The position numbers were made by a program, and so were the translations under genes. From a virus (lineage: Duplodnaviria > Caudoviricetes), in the IMG/VR virus record IMGVR_UViG_3300008740_000001, positions 32,001-96,000 of that record: DNA of 64,000 nt, one strand, 5' to 3'. The notes beneath the pieces are model-generated. The model searched no databases, was not told the origin of the DNA, and worked only from the letters and a program-made list of their open reading frames with translations. Shown piece after piece: positions 51,035 to 60,378 of this stretch. Each line of letters opens with the position of its first letter. Within the stretch, counting starts at the first letter, position 1.

Positions 51035-54000
51035 CGCCAGATGTAAACTATGATTCAATGTTCGAAGGGATACTGCCAACCCCTAAAATTAGAACAGTGT
51101 CTTTGAAGCTTTCGCCTTTGCCTCCTCCGGTAAATAATCCTCATATTGATCATGTGAGGGAAACAATCATATATGAAGGAAGAGATGGAACGCAGCAGCT
51201 TAAGTCCCCCGGGTTTTCAATTAGTAAAGATCCGAGAAATCTTCTGATTGAAGTTACCGTAGTTTTAATAGACAAGATTGAAGATAGTGGGATTTCATCT
51301 TGGTTTAAAGATGAAGACTTGATGAAATATATGAGATTGCAGTTAATTCACTGCGAAGACGCAACATTTTCAGAAAAACTAACCTCTCAAACACTTAGTC
51401 CACTGCCGTCAATGGTTAATAAATACAAAGAGAACAATGGATTGGTCCAGAATGTTGTGATATCTCTAGAAAGCTCAGAAGATCTTGAGGGGTTTTACGA
51501 CAAAGAAGCCGGCGAAAATGTAGTCAAAGAGGCTTCATATAAGTTTAATTTCGCTATCAATACTACGACGCCAAAACACTTGACTTATTTTGCAAATGTT
51601 TATTTAGATACCGATCAATTGATAAATGATTATAGTTTAGATTTGTCTGATAATGGATTAATATCCGCCGTTAGTGATACCACAGTCGAATCAGTATACA
51701 AAGATGGTAAGCAAGTATCATCTGCTTCCATGTACTATACAAAGGGTTCTAATATTTTCACTGGACAAGTATATGAAGCTCCCGGCGGAATTGTGGTGCC
51801 ATCAACGGTTATAAATGACGAACAAATCATCATAGATCTAAATACGATTCTGTCCTCTTTCAGTTCAGATGCACGCTCCTCAACCGCGAATAGTTATAAA
51901 CAGCAGTTAAACAAAGTTATGAACGACCACTCAGCGCCTAAAATGGGACAAATAAACAGGTTGCTCAAATCTTGGCAATCAAGAGATGGCAGGACGAAGG
52001 CCGGCCGCATTTATAAATTATTGAAAAAGAGATATGAGGTATATGAAAAGAAGATTAACGCATCTACGCGCCAGTTAACTAAAAAACAAGTCACCAACCC
52101 CACAATTCGTGATGATCGCACAATAGCAGATTTGGCCGACATTGAGATCACACTAGAAGCTCCAGTAGAAGAGACTTTGGCCCTTGAAGACATCCGTTCG
52201 GCCAACAATAACATGTCGGCCGAAACTGCTGCAGCCAATTTAGAAAACGCACTATACTTTAGTGAGTTGTCGTTAACAAGGCCTACTGATAGTTCGGTCC
52301 GTGGCCTTTTTTTGGTAGATTTCGAAAAAATGGTGTCTAAAAATAGCAAATATTCCGGCTTGCTAAACAACACGAATGCTGAAATTCGGTCTGTTTTACG
52401 AGATCGTGTAAGATTAGAAGGTGTTAGAATAACAAGAGAGAGAATAGACGACCAGAACACCTTGAGTCAGTATGATCTGCATATGGTAAGAGATACAGAA
52501 TCGATTAATCAATTGATAGCTAATGGAGTGATCGACGAAAAAACAAAGGAAATAAAGGGCGCCGCTCTGGAGTCTTCGACAAACAAAAAGAAGGGTGAGC
52601 TTATTGGTTCTGTATCACAGGTCCACTTGGACGGCATAACTAATCGCAACATCATGGCTTTCGAGATACGTGATGCTAACATGGTGGGCAAAACTACTGG
52701 AAAATACAAATACCGAGTTAGCCTGTTGGCAGTCGATAGGATTGGCATATATCTGGCCGACAAGCTTTATGAGCTTGTTCAGGCCAAGGAGAGTATGAAA
52801 GTATATTATAATCTGGCCAACTTACAGTGTAACTATGATCTTAAGAACGAACGTTTTACGGAATTTTTTATTGCGTCTTTATATGAAAAATATAACTTAG
52901 CTAATCCGGATTCCTTAATGTTGGAGAATATAGAAGAACTGAATAAGCTTCTGGTTTCTGAGTCCCCCATGGACGCACCTTGGATGCGACCAATTACGAA
53001 ATATGTTGAGGTACTGAATTTATTTGGGGACATTAACGATGACTCCGGCGCCTCGCTGGCTAAGAAGATGTATCTGAAAGTAGAACCTTCGACAGCCACA
53101 CCGGACTCGATTTTAGAAGTTATTGGTCAATTGGAAGAGCTAGAAACAAAGGCCTCCGACGCACTGGGGCTGTCACAGACACAACTTGCATCATACAACT
53201 CTGCGGGATCCAAAATCACTGCAAACCTAGCTGCCAATATACAAATTGACTATCTTTTCAATAGTGTTCTGGATAACACCACGTTGAGTAATGTCGGCGC
53301 CCGTTATTTGGAATATGCTTCGGAGGCAACTCAGGGCCTCCCGGTGATAAGCAAAAACGACTATGTTCGCAGACTCAATCAAGAAAATTCAAGATATTTT
53401 AAAAATAATCCGACAAAAACTGCAAACGCCTTAAACGATATGGGCACATACAAATTGTCTTATTTGGCGCCATCATTTATGCAGGTCGGAGGTAAAAAAT
53501 TAGCATTATTAGAACGAGGAGAATCTTTGTATGACCCAGATCAATTCCAAGAAATGCTGTTCAGTATCTCTCTCTTAAAGACAAATCCAGCAGCGCGCTC
53601 TTTGACAATGCCAGTGTTGAACAAGTCGGCAACCAGTCTAGATCAGAGCACCAAAGCTTCGTCAGAAATGTCGTCAATTAACACTCAGGCATTGACTCTT
53701 TTGGCTAATTTCGGGATTGCATTTGCCAGCCCTAAGCCATCTAAGTCATCCTTGACGATTACCGCCGATCCTTTGTCTGAAGTAAAAAGCATTCTTGGCG
53801 AGAATACTCTTTTGGCAATCAATAACGCCGTCATGAACGATATTAACACGGCCGACGATTTGTCGATGATAACGGATTTAACAAACGTAGAAGTCTCGGT
53901 TGCAGATGCCACCTCGATGGCGAGTGCACTAGTGGGTACCTTGACTAATCTGGGAATGCAAAATTATTTTGGGATTAATGCTCAGGGCTTACAAGTGGCA

Positions 54001-54939
54001 GAAATGAGTGCAGTAGAAAAAGAACAGGTTCAGTTTTCTAAAACTTTAGACTTCTTTGATCTGACGAATCCTAAAAATGGAATCGACGCAGAAATGAAAA
54101 CGGCTGGGGGGAAAAGCTCCACTTCGAAGATTAGAAAAATTCCAAATCAATTAAAAAGCATATTTTTGACAAAAACTGGCCAAGCTAGCCCAAACAAGAA
54201 CTGGTTCCAAATGGAACAAGATCCTATCACTAGTCCAGATACGAGAGCAATATTCGAAATTCTGTATTTTAACTTACAACAAGTGGAAGTTCTGACCGGC
54301 TTTGAAGTTTCTCCTGAAGGAACTTTGTTGTTGAGGAGTCCGCAATGGGAATTGTTACAAGAATCACACTTTTCTAATGTTGGAAAAATATTTTGTAGAA
54401 TGAGCAGATACAGAAATGATTTATTGCATGTTGGCCAAACCGACATGATAGATTTACCGGCATATAACGATTATTTCGTTTTAAACATGTCAGACAGATC
54501 AACAAAATTTATCAGCCCGGTCACTGATCCCGGCCTTTATACATCCGGTGGAGAATATGAATTGCCTGACGGAACTAATTATATAGGCGATTATCATATC
54601 CACAAGGACGGAACTGTTATGACCGGCACTGATCATACAGAAGCCAGTGAGGTACTGGTGCCTATTGGGAGCACGATTTCGACGAAGGCACGCGCATCTC
54701 GTCGCGCCTCCTCTTTACTGCAAGCAGATGAGTCGGGATACCAGCGTACTTTGTTACAGCAAATGGTTTCAACTCATTATGAACAAGTTGCAGTCTCAAG
54801 CGAGTATTGTTCAACAGCTAAGACGATTACAAGCGCCGGCCAGCGAACAACAAAGAAAGCCAGCAAAAGGGCCACCACGTCGGCATCCACCAGATCTACG
54901 AAGGGTTCCAAGAACAAGAGAAGTAGGAGTAAATATTAA
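51022..54939 (+). CDS. 1305-aa hypothetical (probable virion) protein
   Basis: Long ORF inside the structural module. Small His-rich module GDYHIHKDG..GTDH near the C-terminus, followed by a basic tail. Confidence 0.5.
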   Translation: MPRLTPDVNYDSMFEGILPTPKIRTVSLKLSPLPPPVNNPHIDHVRETIIYEGRDGTQQLKSPGFSISKDPRNLLIEVTVVLIDKIEDSGISSWFKDEDLMKYMRLQLIHCEDATFSEKLTSQTLSPLPSMVNKYKENNGLVQNVVISLESSEDLEGFYDKEAGENVVKEASYKFNFAINTTTPKHLTYFANVYLDTDQLINDYSLDLSDNGLISAVSDTTVESVYKDGKQVSSASMYYTKGSNIFTGQVYEAPGGIVVPSTVINDEQIIIDLNTILSSFSSDARSSTANSYKQQLNKVMNDHSAPKMGQINRLLKSWQSRDGRTKAGRIYKLLKKRYEVYEKKINASTRQLTKKQVTNPTIRDDRTIADLADIEITLEAPVEETLALEDIRSANNNMSAETAAANLENALYFSELSLTRPTDSSVRGLFLVDFEKMVSKNSKYSGLLNNTNAEIRSVLRDRVRLEGVRITRERIDDQNTLSQYDLHMVRDTESINQLIANGVIDEKTKEIKGAALESSTNKKKGELIGSVSQVHLDGITNRNIMAFEIRDANMVGKTTGKYKYRVSLLAVDRIGIYLADKLYELVQAKESMKVYYNLANLQCNYDLKNERFTEFFIASLYEKYNLANPDSLMLENIEELNKLLVSESPMDAPWMRPITKYVEVLNLFGDINDDSGASLAKKMYLKVEPSTATPDSILEVIGQLEELETKASDALGLSQTQLASYNSAGSKITANLAANIQIDYLFNSVLDNTTLSNVGARYLEYASEATQGLPVISKNDYVRRLNQENSRYFKNNPTKTANALNDMGTYKLSYLAPSFMQVGGKKLALLERGESLYDPDQFQEMLFSISLLKTNPAARSLTMPVLNKSATSLDQSTKASSEMSSINTQALTLLANFGIAFASPKPSKSSLTITADPLSEVKSILGENTLLAINNAVMNDINTADDLSMITDLTNVEVSVADATSMASALVGTLTNLGMQNYFGINAQGLQVAEMSAVEKEQVQFSKTLDFFDLTNPKNGIDAEMKTAGGKSSTSKIRKIPNQLKSIFLTKTGQASPNKNWFQMEQDPITSPDTRAIFEILYFNLQQVEVLTGFEVSPEGTLLLRSPQWELLQESHFSNVGKIFCRMSRYRNDLLHVGQTDMIDLPAYNDYFVLNMSDRSTKFISPVTDPGLYTSGGEYELPDGTNYIGDYHIHKDGTVMTGTDHTEASEVLVPIGSTISTKARASRRASSLLQADESGYQRTLLQQMVSTHYEQVAVSSEYCSTAKTITSAGQRTTKKASKRATTSASTRSTKGSKNKRSRSKY

Positions 54940-57458
54940 TGTCTCTAGCTAAGAAGAAAACCTATATTCCCGCTTCCCTTATTGGTACGCCTACAGATCC
55001 TTTGCGCAGTGAACTCGGCGCCCACTGGATTCGTTATAAAAAGTCGGAAAAGTTTTCAAAGCATGAGCAGTTGCTATACTTGGCCGACAATACTAATAAT
55101 GCGGATTTAACAATACCGACAAACATCAAGGACTTTACGTTTTCAGAGGAAACGGATGTAGACTCCGCTCGCTGGACTCAAAAAAAGGTTACTATGAGGA
55201 TTTATGGAGACCCGAACACTTTTGAGAGCCAAAAGCATTGGCGCGCCTTCGTACTCGGCACAGTTTATAATGAGGAGGCTTACGCACCAATCATCAACAC
55301 TGGAACAAAGTATACAGACCACGTATTCACATGTGAGGCTCCTTTTACAGAAAAAGAAGCTAGCCTTTTAGGCGGCTCGTCTTTGGTGAAAACATACGAT
55401 GTGGACTTGGAATACAACTTCTATCAAAGAGAATATGAAAGACTCTCCATACGTAAAGTACCAGAGAGGCTGCTACCTAACTTGTATGTACTATATTCGT
55501 TTAAAGAAGAGGAGGAAAACGACGCTGTTGTAACGAACAAGATGTTCCGCAAGCACGTTTCCTTGGGGGGCGCCCTCAACGACAACACGGTAAATCAGTT
55601 CACAGACATAGGTTCAGAAAATCCAGATGTATCCAATAGTGACGAATACCTTAAATCGTTTTCTTATGCTATTTTAGATCGCACTGTATCAAAAGAAGGG
55701 CTGTCGAGCGTGATTGAGGCATACCAGAATGTTATGTTACCTGCATCTAACCTGAGTATACTTGGCTATAATGTAAAAAGGGAAATGTTCCCCATGTACA
55801 GCGACATTACTTTTGCTACTGACAAGACGACACAGTTCACACAAATATTGCTAGACTGCAATGCTAGTTGCACTTTTATGAAAGACATATACGATTCGAC
55901 AAAGGGCTCTGATTTGACCTTTGTTGATCAGAACTTTACAACACATGTTGAAGTTCCTGTACAGAAGGAAAACGAATTAGGTACAACCACATACGATAGT
56001 GTCAGCATGCTTGGCACTTCTGCTGCTAGAATTTGGAACATGAACGATTGGTATGAGCATTTTCAGACAATAGAACCAACTCCGATGGTAAACGGCATTT
56101 ATCTGGGCCACCAAAATAGAGAAACCCAGCTTGTCACTGAAGCAAATTATGGCTTTTATAAAAAGCTAATGGAAACAATTTTCTCTGGCAAGCTGAGAAC
56201 CCTTATAAAAAGCCAGCAGCGCCGCTTTGCTGATGTTATAGATGGAGACAGTTCATATTCGGAAGAGGTTTTTTACAAAATTGAAAAGTATGCCGGAAAT
56301 GCCACGGGTACCCCCATGCAAACTTTTTGGATTCCAAATACCAACGAGGTCGATATTGTTAACTTTATCGACACACAGGTTAAATATAACAAGAAGTACA
56401 CATATGTAGCCACTGTACACAAGCTAGTTATTGGAGCTTCCTATCGATATAGTAATGTGGCAGTCACAAAGAGAGTAACAGAAGATTGCGTCGAGTTTAT
56501 TGACGCGACTACTGGAGACACAGTATCACCCAGAGTTGAGGGCGATGTCACCGTGAACAACATTACGGGAACTCGTACTGCTATTGCAATAAACAAGGAC
56601 GACAGATTTATGGCAGAGGTAGATGTCACTATGACACCGGAAATCTTTTTGGTCGAGGTACCATTCTTTACTTATTCTGCTAGACTTATTGACGATCCGC
56701 CCATGCCTCCTGAAATCGACATATTGCCCTATAGAACCGACAGTAGATTCTTGAAATTTTTTATGCAAGGCTCTACGGGAGAACTGGAAGTAATGCCAAT
56801 TATATTAACTGACAAAGACAGAGTGATGGTCCAAAAAATACGGTCGGCTAAAAATCTAAGTAAAACAGAACCCATTGTTTACAAAGCGGACGATTATCCT
56901 TCATACTTTGAAATTTATCGATTAGATGAGCCGCCGCGAAGTTATAAGAGTTTCCGAAACAACCGTCGCGCCGTCGTAAAGACAGATATCTCGGATCAGA
57001 CAGCGCAGAAAGCCTCATCGGCCGCATATGTAGAGCAAATTCTGCCAAATATAAAATATTATTATATGTTCCGTTCAATAGATCTTCATGGCAAAACAGG
57101 TTACCCTTCTCCAGTATATGAAATCGAAATGGTAGAAGACAAGGGAGCCTTTTACCCCATAGTCAAGGTACACACAATTAATCCGCGTCTAGATCTTACA
57201 ACAATAAAATCTGGACGAAGATTCGTTCAAATCATACCAAATATTGGGCACACACTAATTAATGAAGTAGACTCGGCTTTTGAAGACTATTCATCAGCGA
57301 AAGATATCCCGGGCGACGTGGCTTATGGGTTCAAGGAAGACCCAATCTGGGGCAAGAAATTTAAGGTAAGAATCACATCGAAAAAGACAGGCAGAAAAAT
57401 GGACTTTAACCTTCAGTTTAAAACCAAAAGAGTTAAAACAGATTTTGAAGCAAGTTGA
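54939..57458 (+). CDS. 839-aa hypothetical (probable virion) protein with FN3-like strands
   Basis: FIDTQVKYNKKYTYVATV and ILPNIKYYYMFRSIDLHG resemble FN3 E/F strands. TAATG overlap. Confidence 0.5.
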   Translation: MSLAKKKTYIPASLIGTPTDPLRSELGAHWIRYKKSEKFSKHEQLLYLADNTNNADLTIPTNIKDFTFSEETDVDSARWTQKKVTMRIYGDPNTFESQKHWRAFVLGTVYNEEAYAPIINTGTKYTDHVFTCEAPFTEKEASLLGGSSLVKTYDVDLEYNFYQREYERLSIRKVPERLLPNLYVLYSFKEEEENDAVVTNKMFRKHVSLGGALNDNTVNQFTDIGSENPDVSNSDEYLKSFSYAILDRTVSKEGLSSVIEAYQNVMLPASNLSILGYNVKREMFPMYSDITFATDKTTQFTQILLDCNASCTFMKDIYDSTKGSDLTFVDQNFTTHVEVPVQKENELGTTTYDSVSMLGTSAARIWNMNDWYEHFQTIEPTPMVNGIYLGHQNRETQLVTEANYGFYKKLMETIFSGKLRTLIKSQQRRFADVIDGDSSYSEEVFYKIEKYAGNATGTPMQTFWIPNTNEVDIVNFIDTQVKYNKKYTYVATVHKLVIGASYRYSNVAVTKRVTEDCVEFIDATTGDTVSPRVEGDVTVNNITGTRTAIAINKDDRFMAEVDVTMTPEIFLVEVPFFTYSARLIDDPPMPPEIDILPYRTDSRFLKFFMQGSTGELEVMPIILTDKDRVMVQKIRSAKNLSKTEPIVYKADDYPSYFEIYRLDEPPRSYKSFRNNRRAVVKTDISDQTAQKASSAAYVEQILPNIKYYYMFRSIDLHGKTGYPSPVYEIEMVEDKGAFYPIVKVHTINPRLDLTTIKSGRRFVQIIPNIGHTLINEVDSAFEDYSSAKDIPGDVAYGFKEDPIWGKKFKVRITSKKTGRKMDFNLQFKTKRVKTDFEAS

Positions 57459-57469
57459 TAAGTTGAGTA

Positions 57470-57492
57470 CTATTTATAATTGTTACTATTTA
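57470..57492 (+). promoter_or_regulatory. Tandem candidate late promoter elements (ACTATTTATA x2)
   Basis: CTATTTA at 57470 and 57486, followed by RBS aggaga/gagga and ATG 57516. Confidence 0.55.
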
Positions 57493-57515
57493 TAAAAGGA
57501 GAAGAGGATTAACAC

Positions 57516-58430
57516 ATGGCATTTTTAGATAATTCGGGAGATATCATTCTCGATGCAGTTTTGACTGATACGGGACGTTTCCGTTTGGCAAAGGGGGACG
57601 GAAGTTTTAAAATTACAAAGTTTGCTCTAGGTGATGATGAAATAGACTACGCCTTGTACAACAAAACCCATGCCAGCGGCAGCGCTTATTACGATTTGGA
57701 ACTGTTACAAACTCCTGTTCTCGAAGCCTTCACCAACAACACCTCACTGCTTAAGTCAAGACTTGTTTCTATTCCAAGAACAAACTTGCTGTATTTGCCG
57801 GTAACAAAGATTAACGAGATTTATTCCACCAACAATGCACGTCACACCAGCGGCGCATTTTTGGTTGCAGTTAATAAAGATACCGAGGAGGCTCTCGGTG
57901 TCGATTCTTCGGGCAATGCAGTTAGCGGAATCATGTATGGTGAAAATGTGGGAGCCGGTACAACAATTAGGATTGATCAGGGACTGGATACAACAGAAAT
58001 CTCCCCAGCTTTTACAATTGATGCTGACCTTGTTGAGACGCAGTATATCGTTGAGATTGATAATCGATTCGGATCCATGGTCAACCCAACGAATGGTTCT
58101 ATTGCCTCGCCTTCTTTTATTGACGATGACAACATTGCAACCTACTTCTTCTCTCTGGGCACAGACATTGGCATTGTCTCAGAGAATACCGAAAGAGATG
58201 CAGCCGCCTCTACACAGACAATTCAAGGCCCTCGCGGCACTTATTTAGAAATGCAAATGCAAGCTTCGCTGGATTTGAACACGGGTACTTTCTTGTTTAC
58301 CGAATTGGGTTCTACCACGACTGTCAATAGCGTGTCGGTTTACTATATTGACACAACTCTTCGAATTACGGGCGCCACCACAGGTTATAGGCTTGATGTC
58401 CCGGTTCGATTCGTAAGAAAACAATCATAG
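57516..58430 (+). CDS. Virion structural protein (tail-collar-fibre N-terminal-like)
   Basis: DAVLTDTGRFRLAKGDGSFKITKFALGDDE resembles the P2 gpH/DUF3751 N-terminal LT..G...LA....IT.MAVGD motif. Confidence 0.6.
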   Translation: MAFLDNSGDIILDAVLTDTGRFRLAKGDGSFKITKFALGDDEIDYALYNKTHASGSAYYDLELLQTPVLEAFTNNTSLLKSRLVSIPRTNLLYLPVTKINEIYSTNNARHTSGAFLVAVNKDTEEALGVDSSGNAVSGIMYGENVGAGTTIRIDQGLDTTEISPAFTIDADLVETQYIVEIDNRFGSMVNPTNGSIASPSFIDDDNIATYFFSLGTDIGIVSENTERDAAASTQTIQGPRGTYLEMQMQASLDLNTGTFLFTELGSTTTVNSVSVYYIDTTLRITGATTGYRLDVPVRFVRKQS

Positions 58431-58447
58431 GGATATAGGATAAAAAT

Positions 58448-59665
58448 ATGGCAACCACATTTAAAACATTTTCTAGCAATGACGTAATTTCAACAAAGAC
58501 CTTGCTGCACGAAGCGGTACCCGTCACGGGCGCAATCTGTTCCGGAACATATGCAGATGGCAATATTAAGAACTATTCACATGGAATGTTCGAATCAGTT
58601 TACGACTACCCGTATCTAAGTTCTTCGGCAAACCATATTTTTGATATTACCATAGGGTATTCTCCCAAGTCTATTCTGTATGCAACTGGTTCGACCAAAG
58701 TCATGCAAACAAAGAAAAACAGCATCTACAATCAAATGGCGCAGGTGCTCATGGGATTCGACCATACTGGCTCGGTCCAGTTATTCGACGAAGACGGAGA
58801 CCTCCTCGCCGGCGGAAATAAACTTAAAGAATGTTTCTTCCTCAACTTCTCTAGATTGCTGGTTAAGGACGAGATCAAAAAAGGCTCGTTTGCAGTAGAA
58901 TTCGGAGTTGGCTCTAATGCCCCACACTACAATACTGACGATGGAACAAACAATACTTTCCAGAAATTAGTAAAGTTGGCGGACACAAACGCCCAGAATG
59001 ATTTTAGAGTTAACTCTCCGGCCGGCGAATACGGCGTGCTGTATGCATCTGTGTCAAAGGGTTCGAATGTGCTGTTTGGCGATCCCGCAGACGGCGCCAC
59101 CACCGTCCGCGCCGGTTTGATTTATTATCAAGCAGGCATTGCAGTTATCACATCTTCTTTGTTCCACAGGGCAACATCGGATGATACGGGGAATCCCACG
59201 TTAGACTCTTCCAGAACCGGTACGGGATTGCTACACAGAAGCCTAGGCGCCCCACTCACAGCCTCTATTTATGCTCATAAGGGGTATAACACGACTGATT
59301 CACACGGCGGTACACCCGGCGAAACTTTCCAGATGCTATTTACGGGCTCCAACATTACGGCCTCTTGTGACGGCTTACGCGCCCGAATCTTTAATATATC
59401 GTTCAACAATACGACAGAACTTAATTCTACGGTATATTTCTGCAGAGCGAACCACAATGAATTCAATTATAGTTCAAATCCGACCTATTTGAGTTCTTCG
59501 AAGATCCGCGTGAAGCAGCAGAGCACAGACACTCCGGTATCTTATATTACAACGGTTGGATTATATTCGGCCGATAATGAGCTTATGGCATGTGCAAAGC
59601 TGAGCGAACCATTACGTAAAGACCCCACTAACGAGATGACACTGCGAGTCCGCTTGGACTACTAG
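58448..59665 (+). CDS. Virion structural protein, paralog of the 60379 gene
   Basis: EIKKGSF, GLIYYQAG, NEFNYSSNPTY and YITTVGLYSADNELMACAKLSEPLRK motifs. Confidence 0.6.
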   Translation: MATTFKTFSSNDVISTKTLLHEAVPVTGAICSGTYADGNIKNYSHGMFESVYDYPYLSSSANHIFDITIGYSPKSILYATGSTKVMQTKKNSIYNQMAQVLMGFDHTGSVQLFDEDGDLLAGGNKLKECFFLNFSRLLVKDEIKKGSFAVEFGVGSNAPHYNTDDGTNNTFQKLVKLADTNAQNDFRVNSPAGEYGVLYASVSKGSNVLFGDPADGATTVRAGLIYYQAGIAVITSSLFHRATSDDTGNPTLDSSRTGTGLLHRSLGAPLTASIYAHKGYNTTDSHGGTPGETFQMLFTGSNITASCDGLRARIFNISFNNTTELNSTVYFCRANHNEFNYSSNPTYLSSSKIRVKQQSTDTPVSYITTVGLYSADNELMACAKLSEPLRKDPTNEMTLRVRLDY

Positions 59666-59666
59666 T

Positions 59667-60356
59667 GTGTCTGATAGTCGCGAGAAACGCCGTCTCAGCG
59701 CAAAATATAAGAAGCTCTTAAACCAGCTTCGATACATATACTCCGATTTGGAATACCACAAAGAAGAGCATGGCTACCGAAAACAAGATTTCCAAGAAGC
59801 ATTCAATGCGTTCTGCAAAGAGCGAGGATATGACTGTTCCCAGAGATCCTCGATAGAGAAGTTCCAAGAAAAACAAGTAGATGTTTACAAAGCCGAAGTG
59901 ACTGACAAAGAAAAAGAGAAAATAAAAGAAGAAACCGATGCAGAGATCCAAGAGGAAGAAAGTCCGGACGATCCTGAGCGCGAAATAAAAGCTTTATATA
60001 GAAAGATAGCAGTCCAGACCCACCCGGATAAAATATCAGATGCAGAGGCTCTCTCAATAAAAGAAAAGAAAAAGAGACTTTTTATAGAAGCGAAAGAGGC
60101 AATGGATAGTAGAAATTTTTTTCGATTATCACAAATTGCAGAAGAGTTAGGCGTAGAACTTCCGCCGCCCTCAAAGCAGCAATTAGTGTGGCTGCGAGAG
60201 GAAAAGAAGAGGATTGAGAAAATTATTGCTGGGATTTGTTCTACATACGAATGGGCTGCCATGGCAGAAGAAGGCATTGGACGCCCCAAGGAACAGTTGT
60301 TCGAAGAATACGCCACCATCTTGGGGTGCGCCCGAAACGTTTCTGCGAGAATCTAA
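59667..60356 (+). CDS. J-domain (DnaJ class III-like) co-chaperone
   Basis: REIKALYRKIAVQTHPDK...KRLFIEAKEA (HPD at 60021-60029) after an N-terminal coiled coil. GTG start. Confidence 0.8.
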   Translation: MSDSREKRRLSAKYKKLLNQLRYIYSDLEYHKEEHGYRKQDFQEAFNAFCKERGYDCSQRSSIEKFQEKQVDVYKAEVTDKEKEKIKEETDAEIQEEESPDDPEREIKALYRKIAVQTHPDKISDAEALSIKEKKKRLFIEAKEAMDSRNFFRLSQIAEELGVELPPPSKQQLVWLREEKKRIEKIIAGICSTYEWAAMAEEGIGRPKEQLFEEYATILGCARNVSARI

Positions 60357-60364
60357 ATAGTGGG

Positions 60365-60371
60365 CTAATTA
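60365..60371 (+). promoter_or_regulatory. Candidate late promoter element CTAATTA
   Basis: Lies in the 22-nt gap, 14 nt upstream of ATG 60379. That ATG lacks an obvious SD. Confidence 0.45.
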
Positions 60372-60378
60372 ATATACG

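Noticed and set aside
57470-57495. T4-type late promoter TATAAATA firing on the minus strand
   Set aside because: There is no credible minus-strand gene to transcribe, and the motif sits at a consistent distance upstream of + strand starts. Antisense use cannot be fully excluded.
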